Assembly (NCBI GenBank): GCA_025786725.1
Contig: JAHLTZ010000008.1
Coordinates: 620,001-684,000, forward strand
Reading direction: 5' to 3'
From: Syncephalis fuscata S228
Lineage: Eukaryota > Fungi > Zoopagomycota
DNA: 64,000 nucleotides
This document shows positions 53,344 through 64,000 of this stretch, piece after piece (position 1 is the first letter of the stretch; each line of letters opens with the position of its first letter). The notes under the pieces are model-generated. The model saw only the letters and a list, made by a program, of their open reading frames with translations, was not told the origin of the DNA and did no database searches. The translations under genes and the position numbers were made by a program.

Positions 53344-54304
53344 ATGGATGAACGGCTTAAGAAGCTGCAAGAGTTGCGGGAACGACAGGTAGGTGGCGAG
53401 AGATGATAGCAAGATCGCCACTAAGACAAAGTAGAGTAAATCAAAACAAGATAATCGCAAGGATGTTATGCAAGAATTCCAACGTAGTAAAGAGAATCCC
53501 AAGCAAGAGGCGCGGCTAGCACGTCAGAAGGAAGAGGCACGCAAACTGACCGAGAAGCAGGTAGGTAGTAAGCTGGATGATTGTAACTATGGAGCTATAG
53601 AATGGTATAAAATGCCATATAGTCATTGAATAATAGCTAAAGTCACGCTAATTATAGGAAGCAGAAGAACGTGGCGAAGATTATTTAAGAGATCGCTGTT
53701 GGGATTGGTCGGTTGAAGATGTAGAGCAATGGAATCATAAACAGGCAGAAAAGGCTGAGCGAGCAGATATTGAATTTACAGGTAAATAAAATAGTTTATG
53801 ATAAATGAATTCAATTAAAATATAATCAAATATAGATCATAATCAAATGGCAGTTAAAAAGTATAACAAGATAATTAAAGAGCTAAAACCGGACATGGCA
53901 GGATATCATGAACAAATGTTACGTTCTGCACTGTCTAAGGATGGTACACATGTAGTGCGATCGGCCGAGGAATGCTATCTCGATGCAAACTCGTTGGACT
54001 ACGCTAATGTCGATAATAAGCCGTCAAATGAAGCAATTGATCGACTAGTGGCCGATGTGAACAAACAGTAAGTTAGCTGATCGGCCAATTATCCATATTG
54101 CACATTTCTAATGACGTATACACCTTTACAAACTATAGGATTGATAAGCGTGCCAAATTCTCCAAGAAACGTGTACAGCGTGAGGATGAAGACGTCACCT
54201 ATATTAACGATTCAAACAAACAGTTCAATCGTATGGTATCCCGTGCCTACGATAAATATACCTCGGAAATACAGGAGAACTTGGAACGAGGTACTGCATT
54301 GTAG
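53344..54304 (+). CDS. SYF2: Pre-mRNA splicing factor SYF2
   Basis: RGEDYLRDRCWDWSVE, IDRLVADVNKQ, DVTYINDSNKQFNRMVSRAYDKYTSEIQENLERGTAL*. Confidence 0.92.
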
Positions 54305-55760
54305 CTGTTTTCTAATGCTTTTTGTAAGCAACTGTTTTCATTTTTATTCTCGTGTGTTTGTGCATGTTAATAATAAAACAAACACAGTTTAATGTACACT
54401 AAATATACTATTTACTAGTTTTAATTGTATAGTATTAACATATTGCTTTTGCATACTTGTTTATTTATATTTAAGAATGTTTAATCACATTTCTATTGAT
54501 GGCTTAAGAGTAAAGCGAGACATTGCTAATCCAGTATCTAAAATAGTTTGCTGGCTATAAAGATCATAATAGAAATGTAAATAACAATAAAATTTATAAA
54601 TAAAGATGTATAATAGCTGATATAGAGTGAAGTAATTATAGTAAAAAGTAGAAAGTAAAAATAAAGTAATTAATATTTTTGCATCAATACGCTATGCATA
54701 CTAATAGCGTTGTATTAATGCTTTGACAGTTTACGCTTTTCTTGCTCTATCAATTATATTTCAAGTACTGATTCTTCAGTGTGATGCAGCTAAATTGCAG
54801 CAACCTCGGCCAATTTTTCCGTAACTGGTTTCGGTTAAATTCGGACATGATGGATGCTGATAGGCTGGCATGTGCCATTTCATTTCATTTTTCAATCCTA
54901 ATAAAAAGCATCATTCCAATGACTAACACTGTGAAGATATAGTTTGCTATGGAGAAATATACCACTTGGCGATGCTATTTAATCCTTTGCATCATCCCTA
55001 CTACTACTACTACTACTACTACTAGATAGCAATTAGCAATACGTAGTAGTTGAGTGGCAGCTAATAAATTATATTATTCATCGAAATCGAGCAATTAGTT
55101 GTTGTACAAATAATAGAGAAATATTAAGCAGAACGTCATTTCCAAAGTAGCAATATATTGAAACAAACATATCATAATATGTAATTAAAGTTATTAAATT
55201 TAATTTTTATTATCATATAATGTAACTAAATTTAGCTAGTCGACGCTTAACCATTAGCCGTTAGCGGCATTACCAATAGACGACTGTTTGCTTTACATAT
55301 TAACCAATCGCAACTATTATTATACCGTCTATCGCTTTAATGAATCCAAATCAGCCAGCTATATTACTATTATTGCTTTTTCGACAACTGGTATACAGTG
55401 CCTTATTGCAGACACAAAAATAGAAATACAATTATCTGCATGTATCCAGATATACATATACGAAAGCATACACGCCATCGACTGCCTATAGTCAAATGGC
55501 GTATGCGGGAGGACAGTAGTCGACTGCTTCAACGCCAAGACCTTGGGATTCTAAAAATAAGCGATGCTCCCACTGTGCAGACCAATTCATCCACTTTTAC
55601 ACACACACACATAATACCAGACTGAAAAGGGAAATTGACCATGGCCATTTCTCAAACGTTCTAACCTTTCCTCACATTATTTTCTTTTAAATAACTCAAC
55701 CGCAAAATCTGGCCATCCCCTGTATTTACGCTCTTATGAGCGCAATTCCAGATTGCCAAT

Positions 55761-57521
55761 ATGAAGTTGCGTAAATTTCTGCATGACCTAGTAATTCCCT
55801 GTAAGCGGCAATTTCTTTCCCGTGTACAGGCCAAAACAACTTCCATTCCGTGCCAGAATAATTCAAGCACTAGTCCTCACCACCATCACTATCAACAACA
55901 TGCTACGCCGCACCATGTTCATAAGCTGCACCATCATCCGCGATCGATCGTTGAGCTGCTACGTGGTCCAGCACATCAAACACGCTGTATATCCAGCCAT
56001 GCCTTTGGATATCATCCAGGTTTTGGACAATGGCAGCACAGGATGATGGCCGGCATGCTTCGTTCGGCTCTACTTGGCCCACAACAACATAGTGTCTGCT
56101 CACCACTGCTACAGCTATTACGTGTCCGTCTTGTGGCATTGGCCAATCTATTTTCCCAAACTCATCAAAATGCTGTACGTGACAATGCACGTCAATTTTG
56201 GATAAAAGCACAGCATCATGGCTGTATAGACAAGACTATATTCCGATCGCCATTCGGTGCTGCATACAAGCGCAACACTTGTATATTGTCTCGTTTGGCA
56301 GAGATGCGTCAAGCTGCCATGACCACTGGTGTTCCCCGTGGCTATGCGACTGCCGTAGCACGCTGTCAAGCTATGCCTCAACCTGCCAAAGCTGCCTTTT
56401 TTGCCGGTCGTCTATTTGCCACTCCTTTTGCATCAGTTAATGCTAAAGGCTTAAGTTCTAGTAAGAATGAAGAGCAGGATTGTGACAGCCAAGATCAGCT
56501 TCGATTCCGTCGCCGGTTCATACGCACTGTTCGTCCAAAACGCTCCCAGAGATTTGCTGGCGCAGCCATGGAGAATAATCGTGTGGCCGATGTAGCTATT
56601 CGTCCAAAGTCTATTCATTGTGAAGCAGCTGTCTTAAAGAAGATGCAGTAGATCCAGTGGCCGATGAAAAAGTTGCAGCTACACTTATCGTCGATCTCAA
56701 TGTCCACACAAATGAAGCTCAACAGTTGAACGAAGAAATAATGCAAACGGTTGAAAATGTAGCTGCTGTGGCCGATTCATACACTGAAGAAGCGCAAACG
56801 CAGCTACTTATGCCACCGACTTTGCACCAGAACTTGAAGTAACCGACCATGATTCAAATACAACAGTAGATTCACTACCAACCAACAGTCGCTATTGTGT
56901 AGCATTTTTACTGCCTGGCCACCTCTCTATGATTATTTGATGCTTGATAACGGCAGTGGCACCGGCTCTAATGGCAGTAATGGCTCAGTAGTTGATGAAT
57001 CGTTCATGCGTCGTTTGACTGAAGTCATGGGATTGAATCGTCGCCAATTGGAATTGGTATCGCAAGCTTTATCTTTGCTGCGTGAACGCATTCCTCGTTT
57101 GGATGTGCGTCTTGAAGGCTATGAAGTGCGTGTATTTATGCCATTGGGTACGCCAGTAGCCACAGTGCGTCATTGGTTGTATGAAGCTGGACTACGTGAA
57201 GGAAAGCAATACATTTTCGAAAGTATATCGTCGTTGCGTGCTGCTGCTGCTACTCAACACGGTAGCAGTCGTATGTCTCATGGCAGTTCACCACGATCAC
57301 TTTCACCGCCAACTAGCCAGCCAAGCTTTGCCAGCACTAGTACAAAAGCTGCTGGAAATCCAGCGCGTGATATTCACTCATTCCTTGCTCAGGCTGATTC
57401 TATGGCCCAGGACACTACGGCATTTTCGAAACAGCCTGCTAATACTCGTCAACGCTGTACGCCAAGTGTTCGTTTGGCCGCTGCTCGTTCCTACAGTGTG
57501 GCCATGAACTACGTTTTCTAA
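55761..57521 (+). CDS. Hypothetical protein (three adjacent ORFs, probably one gene split by frameshifts)
   Basis: ORFs 55761-56651, 56657-56842 and 56895-57521 are collinear, GC-richer, and joinable by small shifts. Confidence 0.6.
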
Positions 57522-58216
57522 GCTATATTGCTTGTAGTTAACGGCCATAATCATTCCTACTACTAGTATGGGTTTTTTCTTTCCCAGCTATTTCTATCTT
57601 TCGTATGCTAGTGGCCCATTTCCTGCATACCGTATTTGCACTTGCACTTACTATAGTTGCTATCAAGATGTCGTTGCTGCCACTAATGCTACATTTGTAT
57701 TAGATGGCTACAATCATTTATTATTCTTTGCGCTTCATTATTTTACAGCACATGCATCGATTTATTATTTGTATGTGATTCAAGCTATTTTTTTAGCTGT
57801 TTTTATTTTACTTTCTGCCACGACTAATAATGATAACACCAATAGTGAAATTCAACTTTACGACATTTCAACAGTGACAGTATGCAAATATTTTTGTTTG
57901 GACGGGCACTTTGCCATTATCTTTTTTCCAATAACCTATGATTATTATTATATTCAAATAAACATTCATTTATACTTGAATTTAATTTATTCGTTCAAAT
58001 TTATAATGCAGTATAGTGAATATATAATGAGTAGTACGATTAGTAGTGGTAAAGCTACAGCGATACAATACAATGATTGGAATGAATAAAGCGTATTAAA
58101 GTATATAATAAACATAATATGTTTAATATATAGTAGTGTAGAATAAAATGGGAATTATATATATATATTGAGTATATACATACTGGATAATGAATCTACA
58201 ATGATGTATTTTAAAC

Positions 58217-58571
58217 TTTGATATCACTCACCACATAGATCCATGTTCAATAGATGGAATGTCATTAAATTTAGCTATTTGACATCAAATCACAATAAAT
58301 TATCAATGCATGCATCAATAGTATTAACGTTGTACCATTTAATATTAATAATCAAATCATTAGATTATATTATGATTTGGAAAACAAATGACTGTTTTTA
58401 ATAACATTCCGTAATTGAGCTACATTTTTGTTCTATTGAACATGAGAACAAGTGGTGAGTTTTATTCAATTAGCACATCATTACACTATAGTATTGTTTT
58501 GATGGTCAAATGACTAAATTTAATAAAATTCAATTTATTGAACATGATGATGGGCGATGAGTGACATTAAA
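58217..58571. mobile_element. MITE-like element with ~70 bp imperfect terminal inverted repeats
   Basis: Left tttgatatcactca...catgttcaatag...tttgac versus right gtcaaatgact...tattgaacatg...tgagtgacattaaa; related copies at ~44010-44080 and ~50720-50790. Confidence 0.55.
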
Positions 58572-58851
58572 TACAATTATAATGCTTTGAATACTCTACA
58601 ACAATGTTTTATTTTATGTAATTATGTGTGTTTTGTATTGAGTGTATTAATTGTGCATTTTGAACATAGCAATAATGTATACATTAAAACACAGTAGCTA
58701 GTCGAATTCATGCAATACAATTGATTAATTGTAACATTATTATTAAAAAATTAACAGGTATACTAACAAAAATTAAATTGTATAAATAAATAGTTTAATG
58801 GCAAGAATTTTTATTGGTATATTATACACTATTATTAATGCCAAAATTTCT

Positions 58852-59205
58852 TTAGAGGATTCCTCCTAAGACTTTATCGACGTTGATACCCTGCGTAGTA
58901 TCAGTTAAATTGTCGACGGCATCAGTATTTAGCTTGTCAGTCAAACCATCCGTGGTTTTAGTTAGACCCTTCTTCATAGTGCTTGTTTTATCGGTGACTT
59001 GATGGGTAGTTTTGAAAACATTGTCAGTGACAGGTGCAGCAGTTTTGGTGACAGGCTTAGTAGTGTCGGTGACAGGCTTAGTTAGGCTGCCAGCATCGAT
59101 TCCTTCAACTGGTGCCAAGGCAGGCAATATAGGAATGGCCTGAACATTAGCCAGGGCGACTAGCACAACGACGGCGGAAAGGGCAACGGCGGATAGTGGG
59201 TTCAT
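58852..59205 (-). CDS. Small secreted Thr-rich protein with short repeats
   Basis: Intronless 117 aa, signal peptide ending VQA, TKPVTDT/TKPVTKT/APVTDN repeats. Confidence 0.75.
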   Translation of the reverse strand: MNPLSAVALSAVVVLVALANVQAIPILPALAPVEGIDAGSLTKPVTDTTKPVTKTAAPVTDNVFKTTHQVTDKTSTMKKGLTKTTDGLTDKLNTDAVDNLTDTTQGINVDKVLGGIL

Positions 59206-60574
59206 GTTGTTGTAGTTATTATTTAAAAGATATTAAGTAAAAACAATGATTAGCGATAGTGCTAGTTTACTAGATGTGTAATTAACAACAACAACAATAG
59301 CGTGTTAGAAGGATAATAGATTATACGAGTAGTATTGGCGTGTGGATGTCTGGACAAGAGTAACGGTCGATATACTAGGCATATTTATGCTAAACTGTTA
59401 TTGCTACAAGTCTATGCAGTAGGCAGGTTTGTAAACACCTTCCATTAGCGGCATGGCGCTAAAGACACACTTGATAATGCGCACCTCATGATGTAATGTT
59501 TTGACCATAACTTGTTTTCTACAAACCCTGCTACTTTGGCCAGCTACAGTCTTCATGTGGTCTTGTTCTACCAAATGCACCTATTAGATCATTGTATTTA
59601 GTCAGAAACGGGATACAGCCCCATACTGCGGAGCCCATTGATTTGCGTGCAAGTTTGCCTAATATCCAATAAGATTAATGTTGGTGTAACCAACGATGGC
59701 AGTAACCGCATGATAGTAGAGAAACAATGACATAATTTCTGGCAATACAATCAAAAAAGACAAGGCCGTTTACCATGTGTATGGGCGTGTAAGAACAATG
59801 TAGCTACTGCCAAAGGAAGATGGGCCAGTTAAGCTCCACAGGTGACTAGCCCATATAGAGATGGTCATAAACCAATAAGCACCATTATTTGAAGCTATGG
59901 ATGTGAATTGGCATCGTACAACATAGGCCACGCTGTTTTCTATCTCGGCTTATGGCTGGTAATTTGAAATTCAGCGCCAGTCTATCATGGATGAATATTG
60001 AATGATAGACAAGATAACACAAAGCGATCGCAAACTCACGCATGTGGAATGTTCCTTGCATTAGTACAATATAGCAAATTGGTGTAGCAATATCATTTAT
60101 CCGTAACGTCATCCTTTTAATAAAAACAGCTATTATTCTTGTTAATTGCTTGTTAAAGTTTATATATATATATATATTATATAGTTATAAGAAATAGAAC
60201 ACATTTGATTTACGATAGATCTACATAATTGATGTATGATTAAATATCAACTTATTATGGATTAATTACACAACAATGCTTTATTCTGAACTATGGCATT
60301 ATACTGCTAAATAAATATTAAACGCAATCAACAATCTATACATGGTCACAACTATAACTATATAGCTATTAATTAATTATATCTCTGTCTAATAATGGTT
60401 TTCTTTACAGAAGCTATTTATTTGCACTAATTAAATTAGTTAACAAGTAGCAAAGGTCAACTAAAAAACAATGATTTGATCATTACTTACCAGTAAATAT
60501 CAGTCACGTGTTTTGTAACATTATCTTTTCTTTTTCTTTATTTTTTGTATTTTTGCACGGTAAATTCCACTTCA

Positions 60575-62038
60575 ATGTCGACACCTAAGGGAAAGAAGCC
60601 ATTTACTGGCGGTAATGGACAAAGTAAACGAAATACTAACAGTAATTGCAATGGAAAACTTCAGAAAACAGCAAATAAGAATACGAATGGTGCGGCAAAG
60701 AAATCTCTACAACAAAAGCCAACAATAAAGCCTATAACAAAACAAACAGCAACAACGCCGCAAAAAACAGCAAACTATCCAATGTTAATACAAATACTGA
60801 AAAGAAAATTATTGAAGTTATTGATTCAAAAAAGAAATTAATAAATGAACCAGTCTATTTGGGCTATCCAGACATTGAGGTGGAAAAGAATGATGCTACC
60901 GCAGATGCACAACAAACCTACATTGGTGGACATCCAGTAAGTATTAATTATTGCTAACGATTTAATCAATTAATTTGTTAATTTTAATATAGATTTGGCT
61001 AGATGACACACAAATGCCAGACAATCAGATAATTAAATGTGGTGGCTGTGGCAATCCAATGTATTTATTAGTACAATCCTATGCACCATTAGAACATCGT
61101 CCCCATGAACGTGTACTCTATGTATGGGGCTGTAATCGTCGACAGTGTATGCGTAAACCCAATAGGTAATTATACTATTCTACATATTACTATATAGATC
61201 ACTCATTCACTGGTAATATATAGTTTTCGAGCATTACGTGCCGTTCAAATGAATCAATCCTATGCACGGAAATTAGCTGCCAATAAAGAATCACGTAAAA
61301 AATCCACCGCCCCACTTGTCAATTCTCATCATTCTGCAACCAACAAAACAGCCATGCAATCCACTTCACAGTCATCTATGGGATTTGGTGTATCAACACA
61401 AAGTACGAATACATTTTCTGTAAGTTAATATAGTCATAAATATCTATTTATTAATAGTTAAAATTAGTTAGGTGACTTGTGGAATACCAGTACTGAGCCA
61501 TCATTAGTATCCAACATTCTATTTAGTGAACAAAATAATGAAGCAGATATACTAGTGGAGGTAATGTAAATACATTTACAAATAACCAATATCTAATTTA
61601 TAGTAGAAATTAAATAGTATAGCACTTGATTCTTTACCAGAAATCAAATTAAAAAGTTAGGCAAGTATATAGTAGATAGGCTATAGCTATTATGCTTATT
61701 ATGATATACCATTTAGACACCAAGCATGAATGGCCAACAAAACTACCTGCTTTTAAGCACTACTGGATAGATATTGAAGAAGAGTTTTTAGAACAGCACT
61801 CACTTGATAAATTAAAAGAGAAATACGCTAAATATATGGAACTCCAATCGATGGAAGAATCAATCGATGATAATCATGGACATGAAGGCACAGACTGGGA
61901 TCCAGAACCATACGAGAAGAGCTGGAAACCCAAAGGGTTTGATAAGGCATTTAAGAAGTTTACTGAAATTGTCCAAGAGAATCCAGAACAATGCATTCGG
62001 TAAATAACGCTATTTAACCAGTTAATCACTCATTTAAC

Positions 62039-62080
<42 letters not shown>

Positions 62081-62490
62081 TAATTGATTGATTGATTAAT
62101 TAATTGATATCTAGTTATCAATGGAAAGGCAACCCGCTATTGTATACCCAACAAGATGAAACAGCAGCTCTTTTACACAGTGCTTTATCGTCATCGTCGC
62201 TTGTTCCACCGCCCTGCCCCGTATGTGGTGCACCGCGCATCTTTGAACTACAACTTATGCCTAATCTATTGAGCGCACTTGCTACCTCCACGTATCGTCA
62301 ATCGAACCGTAACGATCAACACAGCGATAACGCCGACCCACTTGATATGGGCATGGAATGGGGTACTATTTTTGTATTAACTTGTGAACAGGATTGTTTC
62401 AGTCGTGATAGTGCCATTGAAGATAGTGCCATTGAGGATGGAGCAGTTAGATTTCATGAGGAATTGGTTTTACTACAACACGAAATATAA
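60575..62490 (+). CDS. TSR4: PDCD2-like / TSR4 ribosome biogenesis factor
   Basis: YIGGHP.W, CGGCGNPMYLLVQSYAP...RVLYVWGC, NPEQCIRYQW.G.PL, CPVCGAPRIFELQLMP, MEWGTIFVLTC. Confidence 0.9.
62036..62082 (+). repeat. (ACTA)n microsatellite inside a TSR4 intron
   Basis: caactaactaact... about 10 copies. Confidence 0.9.
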
Positions 62491-62780
62491 AGCATTTTCT
62501 ATTGACTAATTCTACACTTCTATCGTTACATGTTACTGTTACATCTATTATTGTCACCATATCCAAATAAGCAAAGGATGTATCGATGGAAGGGCACGTG
62601 ATATTGCTGGTCACCTTTACCCTGATCCTTTGCAGCCGTACCTTTCGTGCCCGCCTTAGGCACCATTAGTGTATTCAATATCCATAATATCTATTGTGTG
62701 TGTGTGTGTGTGTGTATTTATGTGTGTAGGAGTAAGTCAGCGTTTCTTCTTTTATTACACTTTTGATTGTTTCTATTTGA

Positions 62781-64000
62781 ATGCTATTGGTAATGCTTGA
62801 ACCAAAGGGTGGTGACGCTTTACAAAGCGACCAACAACAACAACAACAACAAGAACAACAAGAACAGCAATTACCAGAACAGAAACCACCAACAAGTCAG
62901 CACAGCGATAACGAAGACAGCACTAAAGATACTACTAAAACACTTGTACCTATACTATCTTTACCGCCACCACCACCACCGTCGTTTTCACAGCCAGTAG
63001 CAGCTTTATCTCGTCGTAGTGGCCCTACGCTATCACTTGCTACAGTAACCGCCGCAGGTATTGCCGTATCACCTAGTGAAGAACACAATGACCCATTGGC
63101 GGCCGACCGATACACTCAACTATCCGATGATAGTCCAATGGGTAGTGGCTGTGTCACACCGGGCAGTCCCTCGAGTGTTTGCACTAACTTCTCAGCTACT
63201 GCTGGTCCATTGGGATTAGTGGCGGGTGGTGTGGTCACTCGGATACAAGCACTGGCCCAACGACAACCCGCTCGACCATTACGTGAAAAGGGGCTAGCCC
63301 AACGAGTGGAGGATTTAGCCGCTAGTGCTAGAGAAAATGTAGCGGGATGGAGTGCTCGGGCTCAAGTGGCCGGCAGTGAACTCGGTCTAGCTGTTGGTCA
63401 ATGGACCCGCGGATTACGTAAAGGTAAATAGGATAATATACACTACGTAACTATATTAATTGACGATTAGATGAACACCACCACCATCATCATGATAAAT
63501 CACATTTAGATGATGGATCTGAACATCATTTAAACAAGGATGAAGGCAGTGCATCGATGCCATCTACATTAAGTCATGAACATCAATTAAAAGAAGGGGT
63601 TATATTTGCTGTACCGCTCGAAGTGGCAGTCAGTGTGTCATCGATTGATGCTGACTGGCAAGTACCCGCAGTACTTATTCGATGTACAGAATTTCTTGAT
63701 GAGCACGGACTTAATGAAGTCGGTCTATATCGAATACCTGGTCGTTGGAGTGATGTCACTAGATTACGGCAACATTTTGATCGAGGATTGGATTTTGATT
63801 TATTAAATCCATCGATGGGTGAATCATATCATTTTGACGTAACTACAATTACTGCCAATACAGTAGCGACTTTATTAAAAATGTATTTACGTGAATTACC
63901 CGAATTATTATTTACACACACGCTACTGCCTTTATTTAATTCAAAATTACCTTGTTCAGCCTCTGCCGAATCAGATACCACGACTGACGAAGAATTAAAG
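62781..64000 (+). CDS. RhoGAP-domain protein, 3' truncated by window edge (start uncertain)
   Basis: IFAVPLE...VPAVLIRCTEFLDEHGLNEVGLYRIPG (arginine finger), TVATLLKMYLRELPELLFT. Confidence 0.9.

Noticed and set aside
57568-58089. 173-aa ORF after the hypothetical gene
   Set aside because: Composition of an AT-rich 3' UTR, Y/F/I-biased, no domain features.

Overview
AT-rich, intron-rich eukaryotic DNA from an early-diverging fungus; the gene content (signal-peptide kinase, Crinkler-like effector, U12 intron) suggests Zoopagomycota/Mucoromycota, by inference only. Conserved genes: Exo84, ML-domain protein, DHA2 MFS transporter, YEATS protein, kinesin-7, CBM21 PP1 subunit, IPK1, NoxR, CTP synthase, SYF2, TSR4 and a RhoGAP. 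An accessory, repeat-containing interval (~25-40 kb) carries small secreted Cys-rich genes and a decayed Crinkler-type effector. The main finding is at 32559-34918 (+), invisible to the ORF track. What looks like an ~81-83 bp tandem array is a spliced gene: a signal-peptide exon, then 27 micro-exons (25 of 3 nt, 2 of 6 nt) separated by homologous GT-AG introns. Joined by hand they give MKLSIAVVCTIAVVLVASTAMVDAKPALVRR-DERAECRKQCLAECAWPQCYYKCFYNCLGI*, a secreted peptide with a dibasic RR site and a CX3CX3CX4CX3CX3C motif, encoded at roughly one codon per exon. A U12-type AT-AC intron lies in Exo84 (113-186). Many single-base frameshifts in conserved genes are most likely assembly errors.
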